A stretch of DNA of 64,000 nt, taken from TPA_inf: Saccharomyces (Eukaryota). The translations under genes were made by a program, and so were the position numbers. Positions 22,076 to 35,248 of the stretch are shown here, one piece after another; position 1 is the stretch's first letter, and every line of letters starts with the position of its first letter. Where the stretch lies: contig BK006936.2 in NCBI GenBank assembly GCA_000146045.2, forward strand, positions 1-64,000, read 5' to 3'. Under the pieces are notes generated by a model. That model was not told the DNA's origin and did not search any database. It saw nothing but the letters and a program-made list of their open reading frames with translations.

Positions 22076-23536
22076 CTACCCCGAACCAAATTCTAAAAGA
22101 TAGTCAGCTGGATTAGAGTTGTCATCTCCAAACATTAATTTTGCATTATCTTCGGCTTCAATCAAATCGCCTGATAAGAACTCCTTTAATTCTTCATGAA
22201 TGTTTGTATGTGGATGACTCTCCATAGTGCCAGCATGATTGTGGTTACCGACCGAATCATATAACGGTGGCTCCCAATTGTGCAATTCAGCCTTACTATT
22301 TTGTTCATTCATCAAAGCATTTGGGACAGATCTAATATCTATAATTCTTTCCTCACTATTCTCGCTATTATTTTGCCCCGAACTGGCATGGTGGTTATTG
22401 GTAAAAGGAGATAATGCTGCGACAGAACTTTTCTTCTCTTCCAATTCTTTTATCTTCGCCAATAACGCCTTCTTTTTTCGTGCTTGTATTTCTAAAATTT
22501 CGGCCAGGTATTGTAAATATTCGACCGTTCTATCCAAAATGATACCCTTATTTGGTTTGATTTGTTTACCTAGGTCATCGTAATTCAATAAAGATGGTGG
22601 AACCAACTGGCCGAGTTCTTTTATCTTTTGCTTTATTAATTCTCTTCTTCTCCTTTCGACGGCATTATGAAACTCTCTTTTGCGCCTCAGTTTCTCATCA
22701 GAAGTTAACCCGCCTAAAATCTTTGGAACACTTCCAGGTCCTATATTTTCAGTCATATTGCTACTTATTGAAGTGTGTCTTGTTCTGGGTGTGTTTATGC
22801 TACCATGCCTAAAAGAAGATGAAAGGAAACTTCCTGCACGAAATGACGATGATGGTGATCTTACCTTTGGGGAATATGTGGAAGATACGGATGCTGGGCC
22901 CAAGCTTTGTGGATTATAAGAAAATGATGATGAATATGTGTTTGGTGTCATCATATCAGAATTGATGCTAGAAGATAAAGAGGAGCTCAAATCATCAGTT
23001 AAGTTATACATTGTGTCATCGGTGCCATGCTGAAATAAAAAGTCATGTGGTAACTCAGCTTTTAAGCCTTCTTGTTGCTGTAATGGAGTATTCATTGCTC
23101 TATCCACAGGTGAGTCGTAAGCCATAGAATAAGATGATCTCAAGGGACCCTGCCCTATGGAAGATATGGAATTTTGAGTGACAGGTCTACCGCCTTGGCT
23201 TGTTCTAAACATATCATCCAGGTAAGACGATTGCGATTCTGCTTCCTCATATATGGTCGAAGCTGTAGGAGTTTGTGAATTGGACCTCGCTTGACTGCCC
23301 ATTAAGTTATTATTATCGTTAGAGTTGTGCGTATTGATGTATGAGAGTTTTTCATGCTGTTGGGCAGGAGTCTCACCACCTGGGTAGGCACTTCCGTGTA
23401 TCTTGTAATCATCATTGTGGTGTGGAGTGGGTGTCACTAACGAAAAATCTAAAGTTTCCTGGAGGACTTTTGTCTGGTTCATTAATTCGTCCAGTAGACG
23501 TTGGTTCTCAGCCTCACTTTCGTTATTGTTCATCAT
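22076..23536 (-). CDS. RTG3: bHLH-leucine zipper transcription factor of the retrograde response, 486 aa
   Basis: Basic-HLH segment KLRRKREFHNAVERRRRELIKQKIKELGQLVP followed by a heptad Leu zipper. Ser/Asn-rich activation regions. Confidence 0.85.
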   Translation of the reverse strand: MMNNNESEAENQRLLDELMNQTKVLQETLDFSLVTPTPHHNDDYKIHGSAYPGGETPAQQHEKLSYINTHNSNDNNNLMGSQARSNSQTPTASTIYEEAESQSSYLDDMFRTSQGGRPVTQNSISSIGQGPLRSSYSMAYDSPVDRAMNTPLQQQEGLKAELPHDFLFQHGTDDTMYNLTDDLSSSLSSSINSDMMTPNTYSSSFSYNPQSLGPASVSSTYSPKVRSPSSSFRAGSFLSSSFRHGSINTPRTRHTSISSNMTENIGPGSVPKILGGLTSDEKLRRKREFHNAVERRRRELIKQKIKELGQLVPPSLLNYDDLGKQIKPNKGIILDRTVEYLQYLAEILEIQARKKKALLAKIKELEEKKSSVAALSPFTNNHHASSGQNNSENSEERIIDIRSVPNALMNEQNSKAELHNWEPPLYDSVGNHNHAGTMESHPHTNIHEELKEFLSGDLIEAEDNAKLMFGDDNSNPADYLLEFGSG

Positions 23537-24097
23537 TCTTCACTTATTTAAGAAGTAGGTTCGCCTGACAAAAAATAAGAGTATTCTATTAAAGGATACT
23601 TGTCAACTAAGTAATGTGAATGCAGTAATGTCGTTTTTGTTATCTTATATATGCTCACGTAAGACAGAAATTCGGATTGTGAAAAATTCCTTGATGATTC
23701 CGTGCAGCCTCTAGCCAAAATAGCAACTGCGAGTAAAAAATAATGTACTAACCTGCAGTAATATTGGAGATCCTACTGTCCGGACCGAGTAGTACAATTG
23801 TTAGTTTCTGTTGCTCATAAGAAGGCTTTTCTAATCACCATGGCTTTATTATTTCAAAAGTAACTTGCGAAGAGTCACATCCCGCGGAACGGCCCGCAAT
23901 CGTGACCCGGCAAAAGGCGATTGTAATGAAGAGGGAGTATTGGTCAAGACTTGTACTATACTGAAATAGGAAGAAGATTGAATAAATTTGCATTCTAATT
24001 GCGTTCGGTAGTTTAGAGTAGGACTTAGATTACCTGTATTGTCTGCAGTTGCGTTTTTTTTTTTTGCTGGTAAAAAAAAAGAACAAGTGTGGAGAAT

Positions 24098-24745
24098 ATG
24101 AGCGAGGAACCACCTTCTGACCAGGTCAATAGTCTCCGTGACTCATTGAATCGATGGAATCAAACAAGACAGCAGAACTCGCAGGGTTTTAATGAATCTG
24201 CGAAGACATTGTTCTCAAGCTGGGCGGATTCTCTCAATACCAGGGCCCAGGATATATATCAGACGTTGCCTGTATCTAGACAGGACTTGGTGCAAGACCA
24301 GGAGCCGTCGTGGTTCCAATTGTCAAGAACGGAAAGAATGGTACTTTTTGTCTGTTTTCTTTTGGGTGCAACAGCCTGTTTCACTCTTTGTACTTTCCTT
24401 TTCCCCGTTCTAGCCGCTAAACCAAGAAAGTTTGGTTTACTATGGACAATGGGGTCCCTACTATTTGTTCTTGCGTTTGGGGTACTTATGGGACCACTCG
24501 CGTACTTAAAACATTTGACTGCAAGGGAAAGGCTGCCTTTTTCGATGTTCTTTTTCGCCACATGCTTCATGACGATTTATTTCGCAGCCTTTTCCAAGAA
24601 CACGGTGCTGACTATTACATGTGCTCTTCTTGAATTAGTTGCCGTCATTTATTATGCTATTTCATATTTCCCATTCGGTGCAACAGGTTTGAGGATGTTA
24701 AGCTCTGCTGGTGTCAATTCGGCAAGAGGTGTTCTGCGCATCTGA
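24098..24745 (+). CDS. SFT2: Tetra-spanning Golgi membrane protein (Sft2/Got1 family), 215 aa
   Basis: MSEEPPSDQVNSLRDSLNRWNQTRQQ... with four hydrophobic segments. The track ORF start 24089 is a GTG; the first ATG is 24098. Confidence 0.85.
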   Translation: MSEEPPSDQVNSLRDSLNRWNQTRQQNSQGFNESAKTLFSSWADSLNTRAQDIYQTLPVSRQDLVQDQEPSWFQLSRTERMVLFVCFLLGATACFTLCTFLFPVLAAKPRKFGLLWTMGSLLFVLAFGVLMGPLAYLKHLTARERLPFSMFFFATCFMTIYFAAFSKNTVLTITCALLELVAVIYYAISYFPFGATGLRMLSSAGVNSARGVLRI

Positions 24746-24945
24746 ATTATCATTCATAGTGCATATTGAATTGATTAGTTGAAGAAGAAAAATAATGTTT
24801 ATGTTATAAGAAACAATAATAAAGAGATTTATAACCTAACCTAATTAAATAGCATGTAGTCAACAAAAAGGGAGTAAAACATGCAGTGGCTCTATATATA
24901 TAATTATCGTAGAATAATTCAAAAAAAAATAAAAAACGAAAAAAT

Positions 24946-27900
24946 TCATTCTTCATCACTCATCAAAGGCACTATTTCGTCATAACGCGGAGGCTCGTTA
25001 CCATGAGAGAGTAGCGAATCTGCGGAGCTCGAACTTACTATTCCTTCTTGTTCTTCATCATCTTTTACATTCGCTAAAGTGTAACCCTTTTTGAAAAATT
25101 CGTTCTGTTTGTCCTTAGAGTTTTCAGTGGTAGCGTTTGGAATCCTCACAGTACCATTTGCTTGTGATAAGCCATTTGTTGGTGATGAATTGTGAGATCT
25201 ATTGACGGGCGATGGAGTGCTCAATAATTTATCGAGATTATTGAATCTTGACCTGTCATTCACTGACGTTGCTCTTGCTCTAGCAACACCTTGGCCACTA
25301 TTGCCCGAAACAAATGCGGAATTCGAAATACTGCCGTTCATGGCATTGGCATTTGAAATACTGTTCCGATTAACATTTGGCACACCGGCATCATCGCTGT
25401 ATCCGGATGGCCCACTAACTGACGTAGTTCTTGATAAGTTCAATTGTTGAATAGATAGTAAATCAGGGTCATACGAGGCCATGATATTAGGTGATCCCAT
25501 CGGTGAGACAATGGGAGAAGCTGGAACGGATATGGCTTCTTCAAAAGTTGGCGGAGGTGGACATGTGTTACCAAAAAAGTCGCTGTTCATACTTAGAGGA
25601 ACCTGGTTGCCTTTGCCTTCCATTGTGGCCATATCATAAGTGGGTAACTCCATATTACCACTGTTGCACTGTTCAGACACCAGGAATATGGGCGTATCGA
25701 TTAGAACCTCATAATGTCTTAATTTGGACGGACACTCAGGATCAGGTTTACTGATTCGTAGCATAATTTCCAGCTTATGTCTACAGTAAACATTACTGAA
25801 GTGTAAACTATCCAAGTACAAGCCTCTTTTCGGTGTGTTTAATCTGGTATGTGTTTTCACGGGCAAACCAGAATTGGATTTGATTATTGTTTGATGGAAT
25901 TTTGGATCATAAACAGGTTTTTCATTTTCTTCATGACTTTTCGAGCCTTTATGACCGGATAAAAAGCCTATTACACTGGGACGACGGTGTGAGGGTCCAT
26001 TGGCTACGGCATGTTCGGGATTGGGGATGCTCGTGTATGCATCGATACCATAAGGTGGTATTATCTTTGCGGTTCTTTTATCCAAATCTTCGTATTTGGG
26101 GAACTTCAATTTTGTTTCAATAATTATTGGTTCCGTTATACCGAGCCTTTCTTTCGGATTGCCTTTTGAATCGCTGTCGTCATCAAAAGGACTATAAGAT
26201 AAGAGATTGTCATTGAATGAATTTTCAACAATTTCCTCCCTTAGAGCTCTCGTGCCCTTCTCCTTAGTTCTGATTTCAAATAATGATACACTTCTTTCCT
26301 TTCTTCTCTTGGAGGCGAAATCTAAATAATACGGATTATAAGGGTCTTTAGCAACGGGATCTGTTTGATCATACTCATATTCATAACCTTTACTAACAAA
26401 TGTGACTCTTTCAGTAATACTGACATGAATACGTTTAACACAAACGTTTTTGCATATCGGTGCCAATTTTATCTTGATTGGGACTTCACTGTTTAGTGAA
26501 ACGTATTTCTGAGCAAAGGAAATCTCGTATGACAAAGAATCTGTCCAAACCCTATTAATATAGATTGGTTTATTCGCAGTGGATACGGCAACGGGCGGTG
26601 GAGTTCTAATAACTTTTATTGGATACTCTGCGAAAATGTCCTCTTCTCCTGATTCTTCATTTTTCAGTTGATGTGAGCTCATGTGTAGATGATTTTTAAC
26701 TTTACTAAACAAAGTGTTGCTTATCCTCCTATGGGCCTGAGCGGATTCTGTTTCGGTAAGTTTTAATGAAGATGTAGTGGAGCTTAGTGATGAAGAAGAG
26801 TCTGGCGACACAATAGGTTGCGGAGAGTTTGAATCTTGACGATAGAAACCCTTTCTATTGATTGCCTTTGTTGCAAGCCTTAGTCTGTAACTAACACGTG
26901 CAGAGGGTAAATAGATAGTCTCCGGAATATGATTAGAGAAAACCACTGGTACTAAGAATACATAGTCTCCAGGTTGGTAAAGATGAGTCTTATTTACGTC
27001 TATGGCGTTTAAAAGGCTGGCTTTTGTTTTAGTCTTGTCCAAATACAGTCTCTCCTCTGTAGGAATATTCTTGAACAACCTCATTTGACGATCGTTGGAG
27101 TTGTTTTCAATCATTTGATCATCTGGGGATATGCTTAATGGTACAAACAAATCGAAGTTTTCATCATTCAAATTCCATTTCATTGATGCAGCATTATAAA
27201 ATTCTTCATTAAACGTCTTTGTAGGAGGAACACCTGTATTCCAAAACACTTTAACCCTTGAACATAATTCCAATTGCATGTCCGTAAATCGGGTTGGTTT
27301 TTTAACGGATACTATAACTGCTATGCTGTAAGAGACCATGGAACTGTCGATTTCAACAGACCTTGTATTAAGTTCCGAGCCGGAGCCTGGATGGTCTCCT
27401 GAATTATTTTCTCTCAGGAGTGTGTCTCTATTTTCATTTATGCTGCCACCACTTTCGGTAGCCGCTGCCGTTGTAGCGAGAGATGGAGTGTTACCTTCTT
27501 GCTGGTCTATACCATCCATAAAAAAATCCGCCTCAGCATCGTCCGTACCATCATTGAGTCCGTTTAGTCTGGACAGGTACTCATCGTCATTCGAGGATAT
27601 CGTTGGTAAGAAAACGCTTTCACCGCTTGTAGAAATAGAAATCTTCAAGTACTCATTGGATAGAACGGTTTTTGGGCCCAGGAGACCTCTAGCGGTTAAA
27701 TATTCTATGAGAAATTGCTCGTTAAACTTTTTCGAGTTTGCCAACCTTGTTAGAGAAGTTGATGATAAATCGCTTGACACTACAGCTGATGAGTTATGGT
27801 CATCATCAAAATCTAGTACTGTGCTATCCTCCTCAATCTGTGAATAGCGTCCCCCAGAGATTCTGGGCTCTTGGTCTACCGACAATCTTCCCGAAGTGCG

Positions 27901-28299
27901 ACGGTTGGTGTCGGAAGTCGAGGATCTCGGAGTCGTAGTAGCACTATCGCTGATAGAGCCCTGTATGGCAGTGGTACTGTGTCGCCTTGCGTTTGGCGGC
28001 GGCTGTTTGTTCTGTTTTTTGCCAAGGAGTTGGGCGTCTGTATTGCTGCTTCTGATGTTGCCGTTATTATTGCCGCCTTTCGTTGTGTTGTTCAAGACGG
28101 CAGGTGAGTGAACATTAGCGCCACCAAGTAAAGATGATAGCGCGTGCCTAATGGTGGAGGATCTTCTTCGTTGTTGCATGGACCCTAATTTCTTGGTGGG
28201 AGAGGGTTGAAACGGCTGTCCTTTAGACTGGTTTAAATCTGTTTCTGATAAAGAGTGGGATGAATTTTTCGCCACCGGTCTTGATGTTATAAACGGCAT
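24946..28299 (-). CDS. ECM21: Arrestin-related trafficking adaptor (ART family), 1117 aa
   Basis: MPFITSRPVAKNSSHSLSETDL...; arrestin-like central region. C-terminal PY motif PPRYDE for Rsp5 WW-domain binding, plus LPTYD. The track start 28305 is non-ATG; the ATG is at 28299. Confidence 0.85.
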   Translation of the reverse strand: MPFITSRPVAKNSSHSLSETDLNQSKGQPFQPSPTKKLGSMQQRRRSSTIRHALSSLLGGANVHSPAVLNNTTKGGNNNGNIRSSNTDAQLLGKKQNKQPPPNARRHSTTAIQGSISDSATTTPRSSTSDTNRRTSGRLSVDQEPRISGGRYSQIEEDSTVLDFDDDHNSSAVVSSDLSSTSLTRLANSKKFNEQFLIEYLTARGLLGPKTVLSNEYLKISISTSGESVFLPTISSNDDEYLSRLNGLNDGTDDAEADFFMDGIDQQEGNTPSLATTAAATESGGSINENRDTLLRENNSGDHPGSGSELNTRSVEIDSSMVSYSIAVIVSVKKPTRFTDMQLELCSRVKVFWNTGVPPTKTFNEEFYNAASMKWNLNDENFDLFVPLSISPDDQMIENNSNDRQMRLFKNIPTEERLYLDKTKTKASLLNAIDVNKTHLYQPGDYVFLVPVVFSNHIPETIYLPSARVSYRLRLATKAINRKGFYRQDSNSPQPIVSPDSSSSLSSTTSSLKLTETESAQAHRRISNTLFSKVKNHLHMSSHQLKNEESGEEDIFAEYPIKVIRTPPPVAVSTANKPIYINRVWTDSLSYEISFAQKYVSLNSEVPIKIKLAPICKNVCVKRIHVSITERVTFVSKGYEYEYDQTDPVAKDPYNPYYLDFASKRRKERSVSLFEIRTKEKGTRALREEIVENSFNDNLLSYSPFDDDSDSKGNPKERLGITEPIIIETKLKFPKYEDLDKRTAKIIPPYGIDAYTSIPNPEHAVANGPSHRRPSVIGFLSGHKGSKSHEENEKPVYDPKFHQTIIKSNSGLPVKTHTRLNTPKRGLYLDSLHFSNVYCRHKLEIMLRISKPDPECPSKLRHYEVLIDTPIFLVSEQCNSGNMELPTYDMATMEGKGNQVPLSMNSDFFGNTCPPPPTFEEAISVPASPIVSPMGSPNIMASYDPDLLSIQQLNLSRTTSVSGPSGYSDDAGVPNVNRNSISNANAMNGSISNSAFVSGNSGQGVARARATSVNDRSRFNNLDKLLSTPSPVNRSHNSSPTNGLSQANGTVRIPNATTENSKDKQNEFFKKGYTLANVKDDEEQEGIVSSSSADSLLSHGNEPPRYDEIVPLMSDEE

Positions 28300-29503
28300 G
28301 CCCAATAGGGGTAGGGAAAAATCTTGCTTGTTCTTCTCTATTTAAAAGAGTCACCTTTCCGATGGACCTTCAAAAATATAAACGTGGCTTATCTCAGAGC
28401 TAAGACAGACCTTCCGAGCAATAATAATGAGTCGTTCTATTTTTTTTTTCTCGTCCCTTTTTTTGTCCCCTCTTAACAAAATTAGAAATATAGGCGGGAA
28501 AGTGGAGAACCCTTGGAAGAGTCAGATCAGAGATTGGAAAAATTAAGACCAATGGATATCTACAGATCCTGTGAATCGAGTGTGAGTGATATACCGCAAG
28601 ATCGGTAGAAAACTGTATATAAAGCAAAGAACTGATGTGGTGTAAACGATGTAGCGATGTAACAAGAGATACTCGGTAATGTAATCAAGATGCTCTTTTT
28701 TTTTTTTTGCGGCAATATGGTGTACGTAAAATTAAGGTTCCGTGGAGTCTGTGCTTGCGAAAATGATATTGACGCATGGACTGTCGAAATAATAAATTTA
28801 CAATTAAACACTTGGTGATTTGAATGTAATTTGAACGTTTAAAAAATTCCAAGGGAATATTACTGTTTCGGGAATATAACGTTTGATATCGCTAGCGCAC
28901 CCAGATGAGAAATCCGCATGGATGGGTTGTTAGTATTTCTATTGTGAAACCGCTTTGTTCTGGAGGGCGAGAAAAAGTTACGGTCACTCTATCTTTTTTA
29001 TAATTTGGTCTAACAAACTTGATATCAGAACCACGTAGAAGAAAAAGAGACTAATAGTAAAAATATCAAGAAAGTTGACCAATTTTTGTTATATATGTCC
29101 GTAAAAGTTATGACTTGGCACTGGTCTTGGTTTACTCATCAATCAGCTAGGATCAGCGCTGAGTGACTGCTTGCGGCTGGGCGGCTAAGAAATGGGAATA
29201 TGTACAGTACAAATTCCGAACTTTGCGAGCCTGCCTCGATGGTTTTTTAAGGTGTTCTTTTCTTGCATACCAAAGCGTACACTTGATGCGCCGCTTGACG
29301 TTATCTTGTTCTGGATGAGGCCTTATTTTTGGTCTTCATTGTTAAAACACCCTATTGTCATTTAGCAGCCGATGCGATGAACGAAACTGCGAGGTAAAAG
29401 CGCTCAAATCAAAAGTGTAGTATGAATGATATATAAACAACTTCAATAAAGTCACGCGTAGTTAAAATATTGTTAGGGTAATATCCTGTGTCCTTCGAAT
29501 ATC

Positions 29504-29643
29504 TGTTGGAATAAGAAGCAACATCATCTACTGACTAGTATTCGTGATACTAGTATTCAATCACGTAAGGTGGAAGAGAATGACATGAAGATTGAGAAAC
29601 AGTGATCAAACTCAATAAAGAGCTGAATACAAGCACATATAAT
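29504..29643 (+). mobile_element. Partial delta LTR (5' ~140 bp) immediately upstream of the full-length Ty1
   Basis: TGTTGGAATAAGAAGCAACATCATCTACTGACTAGTATTCGTGATACTAGTATTCAATCACGTAAGGTGGAAGAGAATGACATGAAGATTGAGAAACAG matches the delta 5' half. It stops where the intact LTR begins. Confidence 0.6.
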
Positions 29644-29934
29644 TGTTGGAATAAAAATCAACTATCATCTACTAACTAGTATTTACGTTACTAGTATATT
29701 ATCATATACGGTGTTAGAAGATGACACAAATGATGAGAAATAGTCATCTAAATTAGTGGAAGCTGAAACGCAAGGATTGATAATGTAATAGGATCAATGA
29801 ATATTAACATATAAAATGATGATAATAATATTTATAGAATTGTGTAGAATTGCAGATTCCCTTTCATGGATTCCTAAATCCTTGAGGAGAACTTCTAGTA
29901 TATCTACATACCTAATATTATAGCCTTAATCACA

Positions 29935-31251
29935 ATGGAATCCCAACAATTACATCAAAATCCACATTCTCTACATGGTAGCGCCTATGCTTCGGTTACT
30001 TCTAAGGAAGTCTCATCAAATCAAGATCCGTTAGCCGTTTCAGCTTCCAATTTACCGGAATTTGATAGAGATTCCACTAAGGTTAATTCTCAACAAGAGA
30101 CAACACCTGGGACATCAGCTGTTCCAGAGAACCATCATCATGTCTCTCCTCAACCTGCTTCAGTACCACCTCCACAGAATGGACAGTACCAACAGCACGG
30201 CATGATGACTCCAAACAAAGCTATGGCTTCTAACTGGGCACATTACCAACAACCATCTATGATGACGTGTTCACATTATCAAACGTCACCTGCGTATTAT
30301 CAACCGGACCCACACTATCCGCTGCCACAGTATATCCCACCGCTGAGTACTTCCTCACCTGATCCAATCGATTCACAGGATCAACACTCTGAAGTACCTC
30401 AAGCTAAGACAAAGGTGAGAAATAATGTCTTACCACCACACACTTTAACATCAGAAGAAAACTTTTATACATGGGTTAAATTTTACATCAGATTTTTGAA
30501 GAACTCTAATCTCGGTGACATCATTCCAAATGATCAGGGTGAAATCAAAAGACAAATGACTTATGAAGAACATGCGTATATATACAATACCTTCCAAGCA
30601 TTTGCCCCATTTCATTTATTGCCAACATGGGTAAAACAAATTTTAGAAATTAATTATGCTGACATCCTTACAGTCCTTTGTAAAAGTGTGTCCAAAATGC
30701 AAACTAACAATCAAGAATTAAAGGATTGGATAGCTCTTGCCAACCTTGAGTACGACGGAAGTACATCTGCTGATACATTTGAAATTACGGTCAGCACGAT
30801 CATTCAAAGGCTAAAAGAAAACAATATCAATGTTAGCGACAGATTGGCCTGTCAACTAATACTTAAAGGTCTATCCGGTGACTTCAAATACCTACGTAAT
30901 CAATATCGTACCAAAACGAACATGAAACTTTCCCAATTATTCGCTGAAATTCAATTAATATATGACGAAAATAAAATCATGAATCTAAATAAACCGTCCC
31001 AATACAAACAACACAGCGAATACAAAAATGTTTCTCGCACATCTCCAAACACGACTAACACAAAGGTTACAACTCGTAATTATCATAGAACAAATAGTTC
31101 AAAACCAAGAGCAGCAAAAGCTCACAATATTGCTACATCTAGTAAATTCTCAAGGGTGAACAATGATCACATTAATGAATCAACCGTTTCATCACAATAC
31201 TTAAGCGATGACAACGAACTTAGTCTTAGGCCAGCAACAGAAAGAATCTAA
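29935..31251 (+). CDS. TYA: Ty1 Gag (TYA), 438 aa per the ORF track (29935..31251)
   Basis: [26 protein letters not shown]... starting inside the 5' LTR; capsid protein sequence. Confidence 0.95.
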   Translation: MESQQLHQNPHSLHGSAYASVTSKEVSSNQDPLAVSASNLPEFDRDSTKVNSQQETTPGTSAVPENHHHVSPQPASVPPPQNGQYQQHGMMTPNKAMASNWAHYQQPSMMTCSHYQTSPAYYQPDPHYPLPQYIPPLSTSSPDPIDSQDQHSEVPQAKTKVRNNVLPPHTLTSEENFYTWVKFYIRFLKNSNLGDIIPNDQGEIKRQMTYEEHAYIYNTFQAFAPFHLLPTWVKQILEINYADILTVLCKSVSKMQTNNQELKDWIALANLEYDGSTSADTFEITVSTIIQRLKENNINVSDRLACQLILKGLSGDFKYLRNQYRTKTNMKLSQLFAEIQLIYDENKIMNLNKPSQYKQHSEYKNVSRTSPNTTNTKVTTRNYHRTNSSKPRAAKAHNIATSSKFSRVNNDHINESTVSSQYLSDDNELSLRPATERI

Positions 31252-34200
31252 GCCAACACACACAATAGACTCGAATGACGAACTACCTGATCACCTTCTT
31301 ATTGATTCAGGAGCTTCGCAAACGCTTGTCAGATCAGCCCATTATTTACACCATGCAACACCCAATTCTGAAATAAACATAGTCGATGCTCAAAAACAAG
31401 ACATTCCTATAAATGCCATTGGTAATCTTCACTTCAACTTTCAGAACGGCACCAAAACATCAATAAAAGCACTGCACACACCAAACATAGCCTATGATCT
31501 ATTAAGTTTGAGTGAGCTGGCTAATCAAAATATTACTGCCTGCTTTACCAGAAACACTTTAGAAAGATCGGATGGTACAGTACTAGCTCCCATAGTCAAA
31601 CATGGAGACTTTTACTGGTTATCTAAAAAATACCTAATTCCTTCGCACATTTCAAAGCTAACAATAAACAACGTCAACAAAAGCAAAAGCGTAAATAAAT
31701 ATCCATATCCGTTAATACATCGAATGCTTGGACATGCTAACTTCCGAAGTATTCAGAAGTCTCTTAAGAAGAATGCAGTTACATATTTGAAAGAATCGGA
31801 TATTGAATGGTCTAACGCTAGCACATATCAATGTCCTGACTGTCTAATCGGCAAAAGCACGAAACATAGGCATGTCAAAGGATCACGACTAAAGTACCAA
31901 GAATCATATGAGCCTTTTCAGTACTTGCATACCGATATATTTGGTCCTGTACATCACTTACCGAAAAGTGCACCTTCTTACTTTATATCGTTTACAGATG
32001 AGAAAACCAGATTCCAATGGGTCTACCCATTACACGACCGTCGTGAAGAATCTATACTCAATGTTTTTACATCGATATTAGCATTTATTAAGAACCAATT
32101 CAATGCTCGCGTTCTAGTTATCCAGATGGATCGTGGCTCCGAGTACACTAACAAAACTCTTCATAAGTTCTTTACGAACAGAGGTATTACTGCATGCTAT
32201 ACAACCACGGCAGATTCTAGAGCACACGGTGTCGCTGAACGATTAAATCGTACTTTATTAAACGATTGTCGCACACTGCTTCATTGCAGTGGTCTACCAA
32301 ATCATCTATGGTTCTCAGCAGTCGAATTTTCTACTATAATCAGAAATTCATTAGTCTCACCAAAAAACGATAAATCTGCAAGACAACATGCAGGTTTAGC
32401 TGGACTGGACATTACTACTATACTACCTTTCGGTCAACCGGTTATAGTTAACAACCATAATCCCGACTCGAAAATACATCCTCGTGGCATTCCAGGTTAC
32501 GCCTTACATCCGTCACGAAACTCTTATGGCTATATTATCTATCTTCCATCATTAAAAAAGACAGTAGATACTACCAATTACGTTATATTACAAGACAACC
32601 AATCCAAATTGGACCAATTCAATTATGATACACTCACCTTTGATGATGATCTCAATCGTTTAACAGCCCATAACCAATCTTTTATTGAACAAAATGAAAC
32701 AGAGCAGTCATATGATCAAAATACAGAATCTGATCATGACTATCAATCGGAGATTGAAATAAACTCTGATCCTCTAGTGAACGACTTCTCGTCCCAATCA
32801 ATGAACCCTTTACAATTAGACCACGAACCAGTCCAAAAAGTACGTGCACTAAAAGAAGTTGATGCCGACATATCTGAATACAATATTCTTCCATCTCCTG
32901 TACGATCTCGTACACCCCATATCATTAATAAAGAGAGTACCGAAATGGGTGGTACCATTGAATCAGATACTACTTCACCTAGACACTCGTCTACCTTCAC
33001 TGCACGAAACCAAAAGCGACCTGGTAGTCCCAATGATATGATTGATTTGACCTCACAGGATAGAGTTAATTATGAACTTGAAAACATCAAAACTACCCGT
33101 TTGGGTGGTACGGAGGAACCATATATTCAACGAAATAGTGATACAAATATCAAATACAGGACTACAAATAGTACGCCCTCAATAGATGACCGTTCGCCCG
33201 ACAGTGACTCTACTACTCCCATCATCTCCATAGAAACAAAGGCTGCATGCGATAATACACCCTCCATTGATACGGATCCGCCAGAATATCGATCTTCTGA
33301 CCATGCGACTCCTAATATAATGCCTGACAAATCCTCAAAAAATGTTACGGCTGATTCTATTCTTGACGACCTCCCACTTCCTGACTTAACTAATAAATCT
33401 CCTACGGACACTTCTGATGTTTCAAAAGATATTCCACACATACACTCTCGTCAGACTAATTCCAGTTTGGGTGGTATGGATGATTCTAATGTTCTGACTA
33501 CTACCAAAAGTAAGAAAAGATCATTAGAAGATAATGAAACTGAAATTGAGGTATCCCGAGACACATGGAATAATAAGAATATGAGAAGTCTGGAACCACC
33601 AAGATCGAAGAAACGTATAAATCTAATTGCAGCAATAAAAGGAGTAAAATCAATCAAACCAGTTCGAACGACCTTAAGATATGATGAAGCAATTACATAT
33701 AATGAAGACAACAAAGAAAAAGACAGATATATTGAAGCTTATCATAAAGAAATTAACCAACTATTGAGAATGAACACTTGGGATACAAACAAATATTATG
33801 ATAGAAATGACATAGATCCTAAGAAAGTAATAAACTCAATGTTTATATTTAACAAAAAACGTGATGGTACACACAAAGCCAGATTTGTTGCAAGAGGCGA
33901 CATTCAACACCCCGATACATATGATTCTGATATGCAATCCAATACCGTACATCACTATGCACTGATGACGTCATTGTCAATCGCATTAGACAATGACTAT
34001 TATATCACACAGCTGGACATATCCTCTGCTTACTTATATGCTGATATCAAAGAAGAATTATACATAAGACCTCCACCACATTTAGGTTTGAATGATAAGT
34101 TACTACGTTTGAGAAAATCACTCTATGGTTTGAAACAAAGTGGTGCAAACTGGTATGAAACCATTAAATCATATTTAATAAATTGTTGCGACATGCAAGA

Positions 34201-35248
34201 AGTTCGCGGATGGTCATGCGTATTTAAGAATAGTCAAGTAACAATTTGCTTATTCGTTGATGATATGATATTGTTCAGCAAAGACTTAAATGCAAATGAG
34301 AAAATCATAACAACACTCAAGAAACAATACGATACAAAGATAATAAATCTGGGTGAAAGTGATAACGAAATTCAGTACGACATACTTGGATTAGAGATCA
34401 AATATCAAAGAAGCAAGTACATGAAATTAGGTATGGAAAAATCCTTGACAGAAAAATTACCCAAACTAAACGTACCTTTGAACCCAAAAGGAAAGAAACT
34501 TAGCGCTCCAGGTCAACCAGGTCATTATATAGACCAGGATGAACTAGAAATAGATGAAGATGAATACAAAGAGAAAGTACATGAAATGCAAAAGTTGATT
34601 GGTCTAGCTTCTTATGTTGGATATAAATTTAGATTTGACTTACTATACTACATCAACACACTTGCTCAACATATACTATTCCCCTCTAGGCAAGTTTTAG
34701 ACATGACATATGAGTTAATACAATTCATGTGGGACACTAGAGATAAACAATTAATATGGCACAAAAACAAACCTACCAAGCCAGATAATAAACTAGTCGC
34801 AATAAGCGATGCTTCATATGGTAACCAACCATATTACAAGTCACAAATTGGTAACATTTTCCTACTCAACGGAAAAGTGATTGGAGGAAAGTCGACAAAG
34901 GCTTCGTTAACATGCACTTCAACTACAGAAGCAGAAATACACGCAGTCAGTGAAGCTATACCGCTATTGAATAACCTCAGTCACCTTGTGCAAGAACTTA
35001 ACAAGAAACCAATTATTAAAGGCTTACTTACTGATAGTAGATCAACGATCAGTATAATTAAGTCTACAAATGAAGAGAAATTTAGAAACAGATTTTTTGG
35101 CACGAAGGCAATGAGACTTAGAGATGAAGTATCAGGTAATAATTTATACGTATACTACATCGAGACCAAGAAGAACATTGCTGATGTGATGACAAAACCT
35201 CTTCCGATAAAAACATTTAAACTATTAACAAACAAATGGATTCATTAG
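31208..35248 (+). CDS. TYB: Ty1 Pol (TYB) reading frame, expressed as a Gag-Pol fusion by +1 ribosomal frameshift. Domains: protease, integrase, RT-RNase H
   Basis: +1 frame ORF overlapping the TYA end by 44 nt. Protease active site (DSGAS in ...[10 protein letters not shown]), integrase zinc/DDE region (HRMLGHAN...CPDCLIGK), RT motif YVDDM (FVDDMILFS). Confidence 0.9.
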   Translation: MTTNLVLGQQQKESKPTHTIDSNDELPDHLLIDSGASQTLVRSAHYLHHATPNSEINIVDAQKQDIPINAIGNLHFNFQNGTKTSIKALHTPNIAYDLLSLSELANQNITACFTRNTLERSDGTVLAPIVKHGDFYWLSKKYLIPSHISKLTINNVNKSKSVNKYPYPLIHRMLGHANFRSIQKSLKKNAVTYLKESDIEWSNASTYQCPDCLIGKSTKHRHVKGSRLKYQESYEPFQYLHTDIFGPVHHLPKSAPSYFISFTDEKTRFQWVYPLHDRREESILNVFTSILAFIKNQFNARVLVIQMDRGSEYTNKTLHKFFTNRGITACYTTTADSRAHGVAERLNRTLLNDCRTLLHCSGLPNHLWFSAVEFSTIIRNSLVSPKNDKSARQHAGLAGLDITTILPFGQPVIVNNHNPDSKIHPRGIPGYALHPSRNSYGYIIYLPSLKKTVDTTNYVILQDNQSKLDQFNYDTLTFDDDLNRLTAHNQSFIEQNETEQSYDQNTESDHDYQSEIEINSDPLVNDFSSQSMNPLQLDHEPVQKVRALKEVDADISEYNILPSPVRSRTPHIINKESTEMGGTIESDTTSPRHSSTFTARNQKRPGSPNDMIDLTSQDRVNYELENIKTTRLGGTEEPYIQRNSDTNIKYRTTNSTPSIDDRSPDSDSTTPIISIETKAACDNTPSIDTDPPEYRSSDHATPNIMPDKSSKNVTADSILDDLPLPDLTNKSPTDTSDVSKDIPHIHSRQTNSSLGGMDDSNVLTTTKSKKRSLEDNETEIEVSRDTWNNKNMRSLEPPRSKKRINLIAAIKGVKSIKPVRTTLRYDEAITYNEDNKEKDRYIEAYHKEINQLLRMNTWDTNKYYDRNDIDPKKVINSMFIFNKKRDGTHKARFVARGDIQHPDTYDSDMQSNTVHHYALMTSLSIALDNDYYITQLDISSAYLYADIKEELYIRPPPHLGLNDKLLRLRKSLYGLKQSGANWYETIKSYLINCCDMQEVRGWSCVFKNSQVTICLFVDDMILFSKDLNANEKIITTLKKQYDTKIINLGESDNEIQYDILGLEIKYQRSKYMKLGMEKSLTEKLPKLNVPLNPKGKKLSAPGQPGHYIDQDELEIDEDEYKEKVHEMQKLIGLASYVGYKFRFDLLYYINTLAQHILFPSRQVLDMTYELIQFMWDTRDKQLIWHKNKPTKPDNKLVAISDASYGNQPYYKSQIGNIFLLNGKVIGGKSTKASLTCTSTTEAEIHAVSEAIPLLNNLSHLVQELNKKPIIKGLLTDSRSTISIIKSTNEEKFRNRFFGTKAMRLRDEVSGNNLYVYYIETKKNIADVMTKPLPIKTFKLLTNKWIH
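31225..31231 (+). other. Ty1 +1 programmed frameshift heptamer CTTAGGC
   Basis: CTT-AGG-C inside the TYA/TYB overlap. The known mechanism is tRNA-Leu slippage at CUU with the rare AGG codon in the A site. Confidence 0.8.

Noticed and set aside
25202-28111. Several 60-170 aa plus-strand ORFs inside ECM21
   Set aside because: All are antisense to a 1117-aa arrestin-family gene with a continuous frame, so they are chance ORFs.
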